A stretch of 64,000 bases of DNA from an uncultured bacterium (GTDB lineage Bacteria; Fermentibacterota; Fermentibacteria; Fermentibacterales; JCC-6). The notes below the pieces were generated by a model that was not told where the DNA came from, ran no database searches, and saw only the letters and a list, made by a program, of their open reading frames with translations. Every line of letters begins with the position of its first letter. Within the stretch, counting starts at the first letter, position 1. Shown here in pieces: positions 39,465-47,437 of the stretch. The stretch covers positions 1,010 to 65,009 of the forward strand of contig CAYLRO010000012.1 of NCBI GenBank assembly GCA_964386635.1, in the 5' to 3' direction. The position numbers and the translations under genes are program-made.

Positions 39465-40813
39465 CTGCTTATCCCCCTGGTCAGGTGAACCCTGATCTGA
39501 GATTTCAGCAGTTCAGTTTTGTATTCCTTTGATCCTCTGATATCGCTTATTGGAGAAATTTCAGAGGCCGCAGTGTTCCCGGCTGAAGTGATCAGCTCCT
39601 CTGTCAGTTCATTACCCCGGAGTATCTCAGCAGTATTCTTCAGAAGCAGCGGGAATGGCGCTACTCCTCCTGCAGCCATGGAAACGGAGATGATTCTTCC
39701 TTCAGAGAGCTTTATCAGACAGGCGGAGTTCACAGATGCTATGTCCAGGTATTCTCTCTTGCACACCTTAAGTGCGGAAAGTATTTCACCCTTTTCAGGT
39801 ACCGGAAAAGTCAGGCTGTTCACTATCTCATCTTTTTCAATTCTGAATTTCTTGTAACCCAGATAGAATTCACTCAAAGGTATGCTGCTGCTGCAGGTAT
39901 GAACTGTTCCGTTCAGTGCCAGAAAGAGCACAGCCAGATCACCAATAGGAGAACCGTTCATGATGTTTCCCCCTACAGTTGCCCTGGATCTGATCTGTGT
40001 TGAGGAAATCCTTCGGAGAAAGCCGTCCAGGTCCGGAAACAGATCAGTGAGCACTTCCGAGTTCCTGAGTGAATTCACTGTTGCTCCTGCCCCTACTGTT
40101 ACCGTGCCGGATGAAACGGAAATCCCATCAGGTACCAGTATGAAAGCTGGCGTTGAAGAAACCAGCTGTTCATCCGGATGCACGTACACATCGGTGCCGC
40201 CTGCTACAAGGGTTTTCCCGCGGCCATCAGGAGAATGACTACCGATATTGTGAAGCATTTCCGGTATGTCACTGAAGTAACCAGGCACATGCCCTTCGCT
40301 TATAAGCATTTCCAGACGATCAGCAAAATGTTCAGGAACAGAGGTCATTACATTTTCCACGGCTCTTTGAACTGCAGCATATCCTGTACACCGGCAGATG
40401 TTTCCATCCAGTGATTCCATGGCATTTTCCAGAGTGAGCTTTCTGGTGCCCAGGAGAAATCCCGTAAGACTCATTATCATTCCCGGGGTGCAGAATCCAC
40501 ACTGTGATGCAGCCTGATCAAAAAACTCCTGCTGGAAAGGAGTGAGTCCTTCTTTTCTGCTGATACCCTCAATTGTCACAAGATGGGCTCCCTGCAGTTC
40601 TGCCATGGGCAGGAGGCATGAACAGACGGAGTTGTACTCCATTCGCCGGTTAACCGGTTTTCCAAGAACAACTGTACAGGCGCCGCAGTCTCCCTCTCTG
40701 CAACCTTCCTTTGTTCCCTTGAGGTTGTGCTGCTCTCTGATCCAGTCGAGAACCGGACGACCTCCCGGGTCACTGGATGTGACTGTACTTCTGTTGCATA
40801 TGAAAGTGATCAT
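39461..40813 (-). CDS. xdhA: Xanthine dehydrogenase small subunit: fused [2Fe-2S] ferredoxin and FAD-binding (CO-dehydrogenase flavoprotein) domains
   Basis: Plant-type and helical 2Fe-2S motifs (CREGDCGACTV; CGFCTPG; CRCTGY), then an FAD-binding domain (LVAGGTDV). Confidence 0.85.
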   Translation of the reverse strand: MITFICNRSTVTSSDPGGRPVLDWIREQHNLKGTKEGCREGDCGACTVVLGKPVNRRMEYNSVCSCLLPMAELQGAHLVTIEGISRKEGLTPFQQEFFDQAASQCGFCTPGMIMSLTGFLLGTRKLTLENAMESLDGNICRCTGYAAVQRAVENVMTSVPEHFADRLEMLISEGHVPGYFSDIPEMLHNIGSHSPDGRGKTLVAGGTDVYVHPDEQLVSSTPAFILVPDGISVSSGTVTVGAGATVNSLRNSEVLTDLFPDLDGFLRRISSTQIRSRATVGGNIMNGSPIGDLAVLFLALNGTVHTCSSSIPLSEFYLGYKKFRIEKDEIVNSLTFPVPEKGEILSALKVCKREYLDIASVNSACLIKLSEGRIISVSMAAGGVAPFPLLLKNTAEILRGNELTEELITSAGNTAASEISPISDIRGSKEYKTELLKSQIRVHLTRGISR

Positions 40814-40965
40814 GTTTCTCCCTCCTCAGGGAAAATAATGATCTTTTCCCCTTCCGGGCAGTGAAAGGCTGCATCTGCGGTTGTGCTGCTTGTGCATAAC
40901 GGATATATTGCCCCGATCGCAAGGATCGAATGGTATATTTAATTGATATGAAAGGAGTTACTCGG

Positions 40966-41871
40966 ATGAAAAACACCGCCATCCTGACGGTATTTCTTCT
41001 TTTCCTTCTGGCAGCTGCCTGCGGTGAACAGGTGGAACCGGTTGAACAGATAACAGAACTGACAGAAGAAGGGATTGTTGAAGAGTCATCAGCAGTGGTG
41101 CCGCTTCCTTCTGCAATTCGTGTTCGGGTTGCCACAACAACAAGCCTTTACGATACAGGCCTGTGGGGATACCTCGAACCCATGTTCGAAGAAGCAAACG
41201 GTGTTGAACTTGACGTTCTTTATGCAGGAACAGGCAAGGCCATCGACTGGGCTCGCCGCGGTGATGTTGATGTTATCACAGTTCACTCCAGGAGCCGTGA
41301 AATTCTCATGGTTGAAGACGGAGTAGGCATTGAAAGAGTACCCTTCGCATATAATTATTTCCTCATTGTAGGGCCTGAAAATGATCCTGCCGGTATTGCC
41401 GGTATGCAGCCTGAGGAGGCCTTTGCAACACTGATGGATACAGGCGCAGGCACTTTCGTCAGCCGTGGTGATGATTCCGGAACACACGGCAAGGAAAAAT
41501 CTATCTGGACCAATGCCGGCTTCGACTACGATGCTGATGTTCGCACAGCCGGTGAATGGTACATTGAGGGCGGAAGCGGTATGGGCCCTACTCTTGTCAT
41601 GGCTGACGAGATGCAGGCTTACACACTGTCTGATATTGGAACTTTCCTTGCATATCAGGGTGATCTGAGCCTTGTTCCTGTTGTTGATCAGGGCGATGCG
41701 CTGCTGAATGTATACTCTGTTCTTGCAGTGAGTACTGCCCGTGATTCCGAGATGGCACAGGCTCTTGTGGATTTCCTCGTTTCCCCGGAAGTTCAGGTCC
41801 TGATTGGCGAGTATGGTGTTGAAGAGTATGGCAGGCAGCTGTTTACTCCTTGCGCCGGAGAAGATCTCTAA
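40966..41871 (+). CDS. tupA: Tungstate/molybdate ABC transporter periplasmic substrate-binding lipoprotein (TupA/WtpA-like)
   Basis: Lipobox (LLAAACG) and a PBP-like-2 fold pattern with TTTS...DTGL and RGDDSGTH motifs. Start at ATG 40966 has a good SD (AAAGGAG); the ORF-track 40930 start is probably too early. Confidence 0.65.
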   Translation: MKNTAILTVFLLFLLAAACGEQVEPVEQITELTEEGIVEESSAVVPLPSAIRVRVATTTSLYDTGLWGYLEPMFEEANGVELDVLYAGTGKAIDWARRGDVDVITVHSRSREILMVEDGVGIERVPFAYNYFLIVGPENDPAGIAGMQPEEAFATLMDTGAGTFVSRGDDSGTHGKEKSIWTNAGFDYDADVRTAGEWYIEGGSGMGPTLVMADEMQAYTLSDIGTFLAYQGDLSLVPVVDQGDALLNVYSVLAVSTARDSEMAQALVDFLVSPEVQVLIGEYGVEEYGRQLFTPCAGEDL

Positions 41872-41877
41872 AAATCC

Positions 41878-42573
41878 ATGAACCATCTGATCGAAGCTTT
41901 GGGCATTGCATTCCGGATGATCTTTACCGGTGATCCGCTGGTGTATCAGATTACACTTCGGACTCTGCTGATAGCCTCGATCTCCACATTGACCGGTTCT
42001 CTGCTGTTCATCCCTCTGGGAAGTTTCATATACTTCCGGCGGTTTCGGTGGAAGAGAGTTGTGGTGGGGTTCATACAGACAATGTACAGCGTGCCAACGG
42101 TCTTTGTGGGCATGCTTGTGTTTCTCATGATTTCAAGAAGCGGCCCCATGGGTTCCATGGGGCTTCTTTTTTCCCCTGGAGCCATTGTGATCGGTGAGGT
42201 GTTTCTCATTGCTCCGATAATCACAGGACTGACCATATCCGCTCTTCAGGGAGTAGGCAGTGGTCTTGCGGATACTGCTCTGGCCCTTGGGGCAAGCAGA
42301 GGAAGAATGGTTCTGAAGGTTCTTTTTGAAGCAAAGTATGCAGTTCTGACTTCTGTTCTCATGGGTTTCGGAAGGGCTGTTTCAGAGGTGGGAGTAGCTC
42401 TCATGGTAGGTGGGAACATCTCAGGCTACACCAGGACTCTCACTACAGCCATTTCCCTTGGAATAGGAAAGGGAGAAACTGCTCAGTCCATTGCCCTTGG
42501 AATAATCCTGTTGTCTCTTGCCATGATAGTCAGCATCACTGTTAACATCATACAGCATGGAGGAAGGAAATGA
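41878..42573 (+). CDS. tupB: ABC transporter permease (TupB-like)
   Basis: BPD_transp_1-like TM protein, 231 aa, between the binding protein and the ATPase. Confidence 0.8.
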   Translation: MNHLIEALGIAFRMIFTGDPLVYQITLRTLLIASISTLTGSLLFIPLGSFIYFRRFRWKRVVVGFIQTMYSVPTVFVGMLVFLMISRSGPMGSMGLLFSPGAIVIGEVFLIAPIITGLTISALQGVGSGLADTALALGASRGRMVLKVLFEAKYAVLTSVLMGFGRAVSEVGVALMVGGNISGYTRTLTTAISLGIGKGETAQSIALGIILLSLAMIVSITVNIIQHGGRK

Positions 42574-43619
42574 TCCTCCGGCTGCGAGACATTACTGTAA
42601 AAAAAGAGAAGAACACTATTCTGAAGAGAGTGTCACTGGACATTCCTTCCGGCGAGTTCTTTGTACTTATGGGCCCTACAGGGTCAGGAAAGACCACCAC
42701 GCTGAGAATTGCCGGTTTGCTGGACACTCCGGATACCGGGGATGTCCTGTTTCAGGGGGAAACCGTTCCCAGGTCAGGGAAGAGGCTTCTGAAAACACGC
42801 AGACGAATTGCCACGGTCTTTCAGAGTCCGGTGATGTTTCAGGGAACCGTGCTTGAGAATCTGGAATGGGGTCTGAAGATCAGGGGTCTGTCAAAGGAAG
42901 AGACAGTATCCCGAGTTTCCAGGATTGCTGATCTTGCAGATCTTAACGAACTCCTTTCCCGGGATGCCTCTACCCTTTCCGGGGGAGAGACAAGACGAAC
43001 CGCACTGGCCAGGGCCCTTGTTCTGAACCCTGAACTGCTGATTCTCGATGAACCAACCACATCTCTCCATCCGTCATTCAGGAAAGAGTTCCTTGAATCT
43101 CTCCTGATGCTTCACAGAGAAACAGGAACTACATTTCTTATGGCTACCCACGATTTTACCGATGCTCTTGCTGCAGGAACCATGGGAGCAGTGATGCGCC
43201 AGGGGGAAATTGAGCAGCAGGGTTCCATTGACCAGATACTCTTCAGTCCCAGGAGCCGATTCATGGCTGACTTCACTGGAACCGGAAACATTCTTTCTGC
43301 GGTGTTCTGCGGTAACATGGCTGAAACCGGCGGGATTACCGTAAAGCATACAGGATCCAGGCAGGGCAGGGGCTTCATCGCAGTTCCCCCGGAGGTGATT
43401 GTTCTCTCCAGAGTCCCAGGTGTAACAAGTGAAAGAAACAGATTCCAGGGAACTGTTTCCTCTCTTGAGAGAAAAGGGCTTAACTGGACAGTAACAGTGG
43501 ATGTGCAGGAAGTAGTGTTTGCAGTAGCAGTAACAACCGGTGCACTTGATGAGCTTGAGATACAGGAAGGGTCACCGGTCTGGATATCCTTCAAGGCCAG
43601 TGCTGTTCATGTATTTTAA
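42570..43619 (+). CDS. tupC: ABC transporter ATP-binding protein with C-terminal TOBE-like domain (TupC-like)
   Basis: Walker A GPTGSGKTT, signature LSGGETRR, Walker B LILDEPT, and a C-terminal ~100 aa oxyanion-binding-like extension. Confidence 0.8.
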   Translation: MILRLRDITVKKEKNTILKRVSLDIPSGEFFVLMGPTGSGKTTTLRIAGLLDTPDTGDVLFQGETVPRSGKRLLKTRRRIATVFQSPVMFQGTVLENLEWGLKIRGLSKEETVSRVSRIADLADLNELLSRDASTLSGGETRRTALARALVLNPELLILDEPTTSLHPSFRKEFLESLLMLHRETGTTFLMATHDFTDALAAGTMGAVMRQGEIEQQGSIDQILFSPRSRFMADFTGTGNILSAVFCGNMAETGGITVKHTGSRQGRGFIAVPPEVIVLSRVPGVTSERNRFQGTVSSLERKGLNWTVTVDVQEVVFAVAVTTGALDELEIQEGSPVWISFKASAVHVF

Positions 43620-43831
43620 AAGTAAATGATTCCCACTGGCAGTTCCCCGCCTGCGGACAGATTGTGTTTACCAGAGAAGCTTGATAGCACCGGATATGGT
43701 CTGGTTTGATAAAGCATGTTGAATCAGTGAGATAGAAAAGTATATTCTGATGAGAAGGGACTGATTCAGGGTAGAACCGCAAAAGTCCGGTAAACGTTAT
43801 TTCTGCACAGAGAAGGAAGAGGTGACGGAGA

Positions 43832-44287
43832 ATGGCAATGAGAATATCGATCAACTGGAATGTTTTCGTTATTTTCGGAGTGGTGATACTTGGTTTCATT
43901 GTTGCGGGATTTCTTGTTTCCGATAATGCAGAAACAGATGACGGTTTCCCCCTGAATATTTTTATGTGGGGAATGGCGGCAATGTTTACATTATCTTCAG
44001 GTGGTATTCTTCTCTGGGCGGCAATCTCCAACAGGAGACGGGAAGAGATAGAGAGGAACTGGTATGATGCAGAGGCTGAGATACTGGAGGTATCGCAGAC
44101 AGGCGCATACATAAACAATCAGCCCAGACTGAAATTCAAGCTTCTGGTTCAGTCTCCAATGCACGGGCAGCAGGTGGTAGAGCATAAGCAGGTCATTCCG
44201 CTGACTGAACTGGCTCAGTTCGGAAAAGGCATGAAAATTTCCGTGAAAGTTAATCCGGAGAATCCCCGGGACATTATGCTTGGTTGA
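43832..44287 (+). CDS. Hypothetical membrane protein (DUF3592-like: two N-terminal TM helices plus a beta-rich domain)
   Basis: Hydropathy pattern only. Confidence 0.35.
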   Translation: MAMRISINWNVFVIFGVVILGFIVAGFLVSDNAETDDGFPLNIFMWGMAAMFTLSSGGILLWAAISNRRREEIERNWYDAEAEILEVSQTGAYINNQPRLKFKLLVQSPMHGQQVVEHKQVIPLTELAQFGKGMKISVKVNPENPRDIMLG

Positions 44288-44358
44288 TACACTGAAACAC
44301 CTCTTTGCCAAACACGACTCCTGTTTGTATCATTCCCTGAACAAAAGAGGGGAATAAC

Positions 44359-45564
44359 ATGGATCTGACAAAAGAGATAATATCAAGAATACCCAAGACT
44401 GACCTGCATCTTCACCTGGACGGGTCTATACGTATAGAAACACTTATCGAGCTGGCCAGACAGGAGGGTGTGGAGCTTCCATCTTACACTGTTGAAGGCC
44501 TCTGCGAGACTGTATTCAAGGATAACTACGAAGACCTTGAAGACTATCTAAAAGGTTTTGGATATACCTGTGCTGTAATGCGCACCAGGGAAAACATAGA
44601 GAGAATATCTTACGAACTCGCAGTTGATAATCAGAAGGAGGGAGTAAGATATATAGAAGTCCGGTTTGCCCCGCAGCTTCACGCCGGTAACAACATGAAT
44701 CTTCTGGAGACCATACAGGCCGTCCATGCAGGTCTCAGCAGGGCCAAGAGGGAATTCAACAACAGACCCTGCATACTCAGCGGCGAGGAACCACCGTTCG
44801 AGTATGGCATAATTATCTGTGCCATGAGGTATTTCAACAAACACTTCTCGGATTATTTTAAAGACATTATTTCTGTTCATTCCTTCTCGCAACCCGACAA
44901 AATATTCGGGCTTGCATCAATGGAACTGGTTGGCGCAGGGATCATGGCAAAGAGAGAACTTGAGATCCCTGTTGTGGGGGTTGATATCGCAGGGCCTGAG
45001 AAAGGCAACCCGCCTATTCATCACAGGGATGCCTACATGCTGGCTCAGAGAAACTTTCTGAAGAAAACAGTTCACGCTGGAGAAGCGTACGGGCCTGAGA
45101 GTATCTACCAGGCTATAACCGAGCTTGGTGCTGACAGGATAGGCCACGGTACATCTCTTTTCAATCCTGATGCCATCACTGAAAAAGGGATAGAAGACAG
45201 AGAGAGGTATGTTGATGATCTTGTGCAGTTCATAGCAGACCGCCGGATAACCATAGAGGTGTGTCTTACTTCCAACATGCAGACCGATCCTACGCTGAAG
45301 AGGCTGGAGGACCACCCGTTGAAGCACATGATGGAGAACAGGCTCTCATGCTCGCTTTGCACAGACAACAGAACTGTTTCACACACAACCGTCACAGACG
45401 AAATATTCAAAGCAGTAAATGCTTTCGATCTTTCCCTGAGGGACATCAAGAACCTTATGGTCTACGGCTTCAAGCGCAGCTTCTACCCTGGCAGTTACAG
45501 GGAAAAAAGAGAATATGTAAGGCAGTGTATGGAGTATTTCGAAAAGGTCACCGGAACAGAATAA
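44359..45564 (+). CDS. add: Adenosine/AMP deaminase-family metallo-hydrolase (adenosine deaminase-like)
   Basis: Metal-binding HLHLDGS at the N-terminus, plus HAGE, RIGHG and SLCTDN motifs typical of the ADA superfamily. Confidence 0.75.
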   Translation: MDLTKEIISRIPKTDLHLHLDGSIRIETLIELARQEGVELPSYTVEGLCETVFKDNYEDLEDYLKGFGYTCAVMRTRENIERISYELAVDNQKEGVRYIEVRFAPQLHAGNNMNLLETIQAVHAGLSRAKREFNNRPCILSGEEPPFEYGIIICAMRYFNKHFSDYFKDIISVHSFSQPDKIFGLASMELVGAGIMAKRELEIPVVGVDIAGPEKGNPPIHHRDAYMLAQRNFLKKTVHAGEAYGPESIYQAITELGADRIGHGTSLFNPDAITEKGIEDRERYVDDLVQFIADRRITIEVCLTSNMQTDPTLKRLEDHPLKHMMENRLSCSLCTDNRTVSHTTVTDEIFKAVNAFDLSLRDIKNLMVYGFKRSFYPGSYREKREYVRQCMEYFEKVTGTE

Positions 45565-45584
45565 CTCAGAAGTCGGAAACTGTT

Positions 45585-46436
45585 TCAGATCTTTACTGCT
45601 CCCAGGAACAGTCTCTCATATTCAACTTCTGACCCGCTGTCAGTTGTGAGTTCAATTGTACTGATCAGGTTGTGATATTCCTCCGGTATCGGGAAGATGA
45701 ACCAGTTTTCTTCATCATTCTCCAGTACTGGCCGCCAGGTTTCCCATAGAGCTGTTATTTCCGTGGAATTCAGTCTGGAATCCGCCCATCTGCAGATTGT
45801 TTCCTGAGCAAGTTCCGGGTTTACGGTCATATTCAGAGGGATCAGTGTGCCATTCCTTATCACCATCAGGTACTGAGTTCCCATTGCGAACTGAAGCCCT
45901 TCAGTAATCAGGTCATTATTGAATGTGAAATCACCTTCAGAATCTCTGAGAAAGAACAATTCTGAAAACTCCGGTCCTACTGTACATTCGTAGTAGAGGA
46001 AATTCTCCTCAACCTCAGTGTTGTAATGACTCAGGTGCAGCGAAGGTACAGCCCTCCAGAAATCGATGCCCCAGTAAAATGGACCCTGGTAAAGGGTACG
46101 CTCTTCCTCCATCTCAGTAAGGAAGTGATTTGCTGAAATATCCCACCGGGTAACCCCAGGGGCATTCTGTGCAGGTTCGGGATATGTGTATGTAATGCTC
46201 TGTTCACCGGTATGAACTGCTAAAGAGCCTGAAAAAGGGCTGCCGTGAATCCATATCACAGGAGCTTCAGCCTCCTGAACGTATTCCGGATACTCTCCAG
46301 GTTCCCATGGACCGTTGCACAGAACATCCCCTGATTCCTGGAAGACAACAACACCCCATTCATGAACAACATTCATGGCATCACTGTTGATTGCAACTAC
46401 GTCCGTGTCCACCAGCAGCGGTATCAGAGGGATCAT
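45585..46436 (-). CDS. Hypothetical protein, paralog A of a tandem pair (unknown family)
   Basis: 283 aa. Shares MxPLIPLLVDT, HEWGVVVF, WIHG.PF.GS, FLYYECTV, CRWADS.L.S.EI.ALWETWRPV, WxxFPIPE and EYxRLFLGAV with the adjacent ORF. Good SD upstream. Confidence 0.4.
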   Translation of the reverse strand: MIPLIPLLVDTDVVAINSDAMNVVHEWGVVVFQESGDVLCNGPWEPGEYPEYVQEAEAPVIWIHGSPFSGSLAVHTGEQSITYTYPEPAQNAPGVTRWDISANHFLTEMEEERTLYQGPFYWGIDFWRAVPSLHLSHYNTEVEENFLYYECTVGPEFSELFFLRDSEGDFTFNNDLITEGLQFAMGTQYLMVIRNGTLIPLNMTVNPELAQETICRWADSRLNSTEITALWETWRPVLENDEENWFIFPIPEEYHNLISTIELTTDSGSEVEYERLFLGAVKI

Positions 46437-47320
46437 TACAGTGTCTCCTGATGTCTCTGAAGTTCAACAGCGCCAAGAAAAAGTCTGTGGTACTCCACAT
46501 CTCCGTACCTGCCTGTTTCAAGAGAGATCGAGCTTATTCCGTTGTGGCAGGCTTCAGGTATAGGGAAAACAAGCCAGTAGGAGTCTTCTTCTGAAAACAC
46601 AGGTCTCCATGTTTCCCAGAGGGCTTCTATCTCTGAAGATTTCAGCATTGAATCAGCCCACCTGCAGAAGGTTTCTTCAGCCAGCTCAGGATCTGTTTCT
46701 CCAGCCATGGGCAGGTCCAGAGGAATGAATTCCCCACCTGTGAGTTCAACTGGGAAAATGCCGTATGGAGTGAAGTAGAGAGCTTCCTGAATCGCTTCAT
46801 TATCAATTACCGGGTTTCCGGACATTCCCCAGTGGAAGAGCTTTTCGGTGAGTTGTGGGTTCACAGTGCATTCATAATAGAGAAATTTTTCCACCTCTCC
46901 TGTGCCATGGATGGTCAGTGGTATTGAAGGTACACTGCGCCATGACTCAAGTGCCCATTCATAGGGGCCACTGTAGGGAGGGGGGGATTCTTCATAAGAT
47001 TCCGGCAGCGCGGCAGAAATATTCCACCTGACATTGTCAGAGGTTGACGATGACGGCTGAGGATGTGTGAAAGTTATAGATTCACCATCTGGTACTGTTA
47101 CAATGAATGAGCCCTGAAAGGGCTCACCGTGTATCCAGACCACAGGTGCTTCAGCGCAGGCATCTCCCGGGTCCATCCATTCAAGATGCTCCGGTCCCCC
47201 GCAGTAGACCGATCCTGATTGCTCAAATACCACCACACCCCATTCGTGAGCGATGTGAAGTGCGTTAGGGTTGTCAACAGCTATTGCTGTATCAACAAGA
47301 AGCGGAATCAAAGGGAACAT
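46436..47320 (-). CDS. Hypothetical protein, paralog B of the tandem pair
   Basis: Start placed at ATG 47320 (MFPLIPLLVDT), which has an AAGGAG SD and aligns with paralog A's N-terminus. The ORF-track start at 47419 adds 33 unaligned residues. TAATG overlap with paralog A. Confidence 0.4.
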   Translation of the reverse strand: MFPLIPLLVDTAIAVDNPNALHIAHEWGVVVFEQSGSVYCGGPEHLEWMDPGDACAEAPVVWIHGEPFQGSFIVTVPDGESITFTHPQPSSSTSDNVRWNISAALPESYEESPPPYSGPYEWALESWRSVPSIPLTIHGTGEVEKFLYYECTVNPQLTEKLFHWGMSGNPVIDNEAIQEALYFTPYGIFPVELTGGEFIPLDLPMAGETDPELAEETFCRWADSMLKSSEIEALWETWRPVFSEEDSYWLVFPIPEACHNGISSISLETGRYGDVEYHRLFLGAVELQRHQETL

Positions 47321-47437
47321 TGGATCTCCTTTCAGTTTACAGGAGATACAATGGCTGGAACCGGAGTATTCCACAAGGGTTTGTTGACCGGTTGGAATTG
47401 ATCCGCTATTCTCTTTCATAACAAGTGAGAGGCGAAC

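Noticed and set aside
43620-43831. 212-nt intergenic region after tupC inspected for a riboswitch or small RNA
   Set aside because: No conserved riboswitch-like motif (moco, purine, SAM) or strong structure was recognisable by eye. It is probably just the promoter region of the downstream membrane-protein gene.
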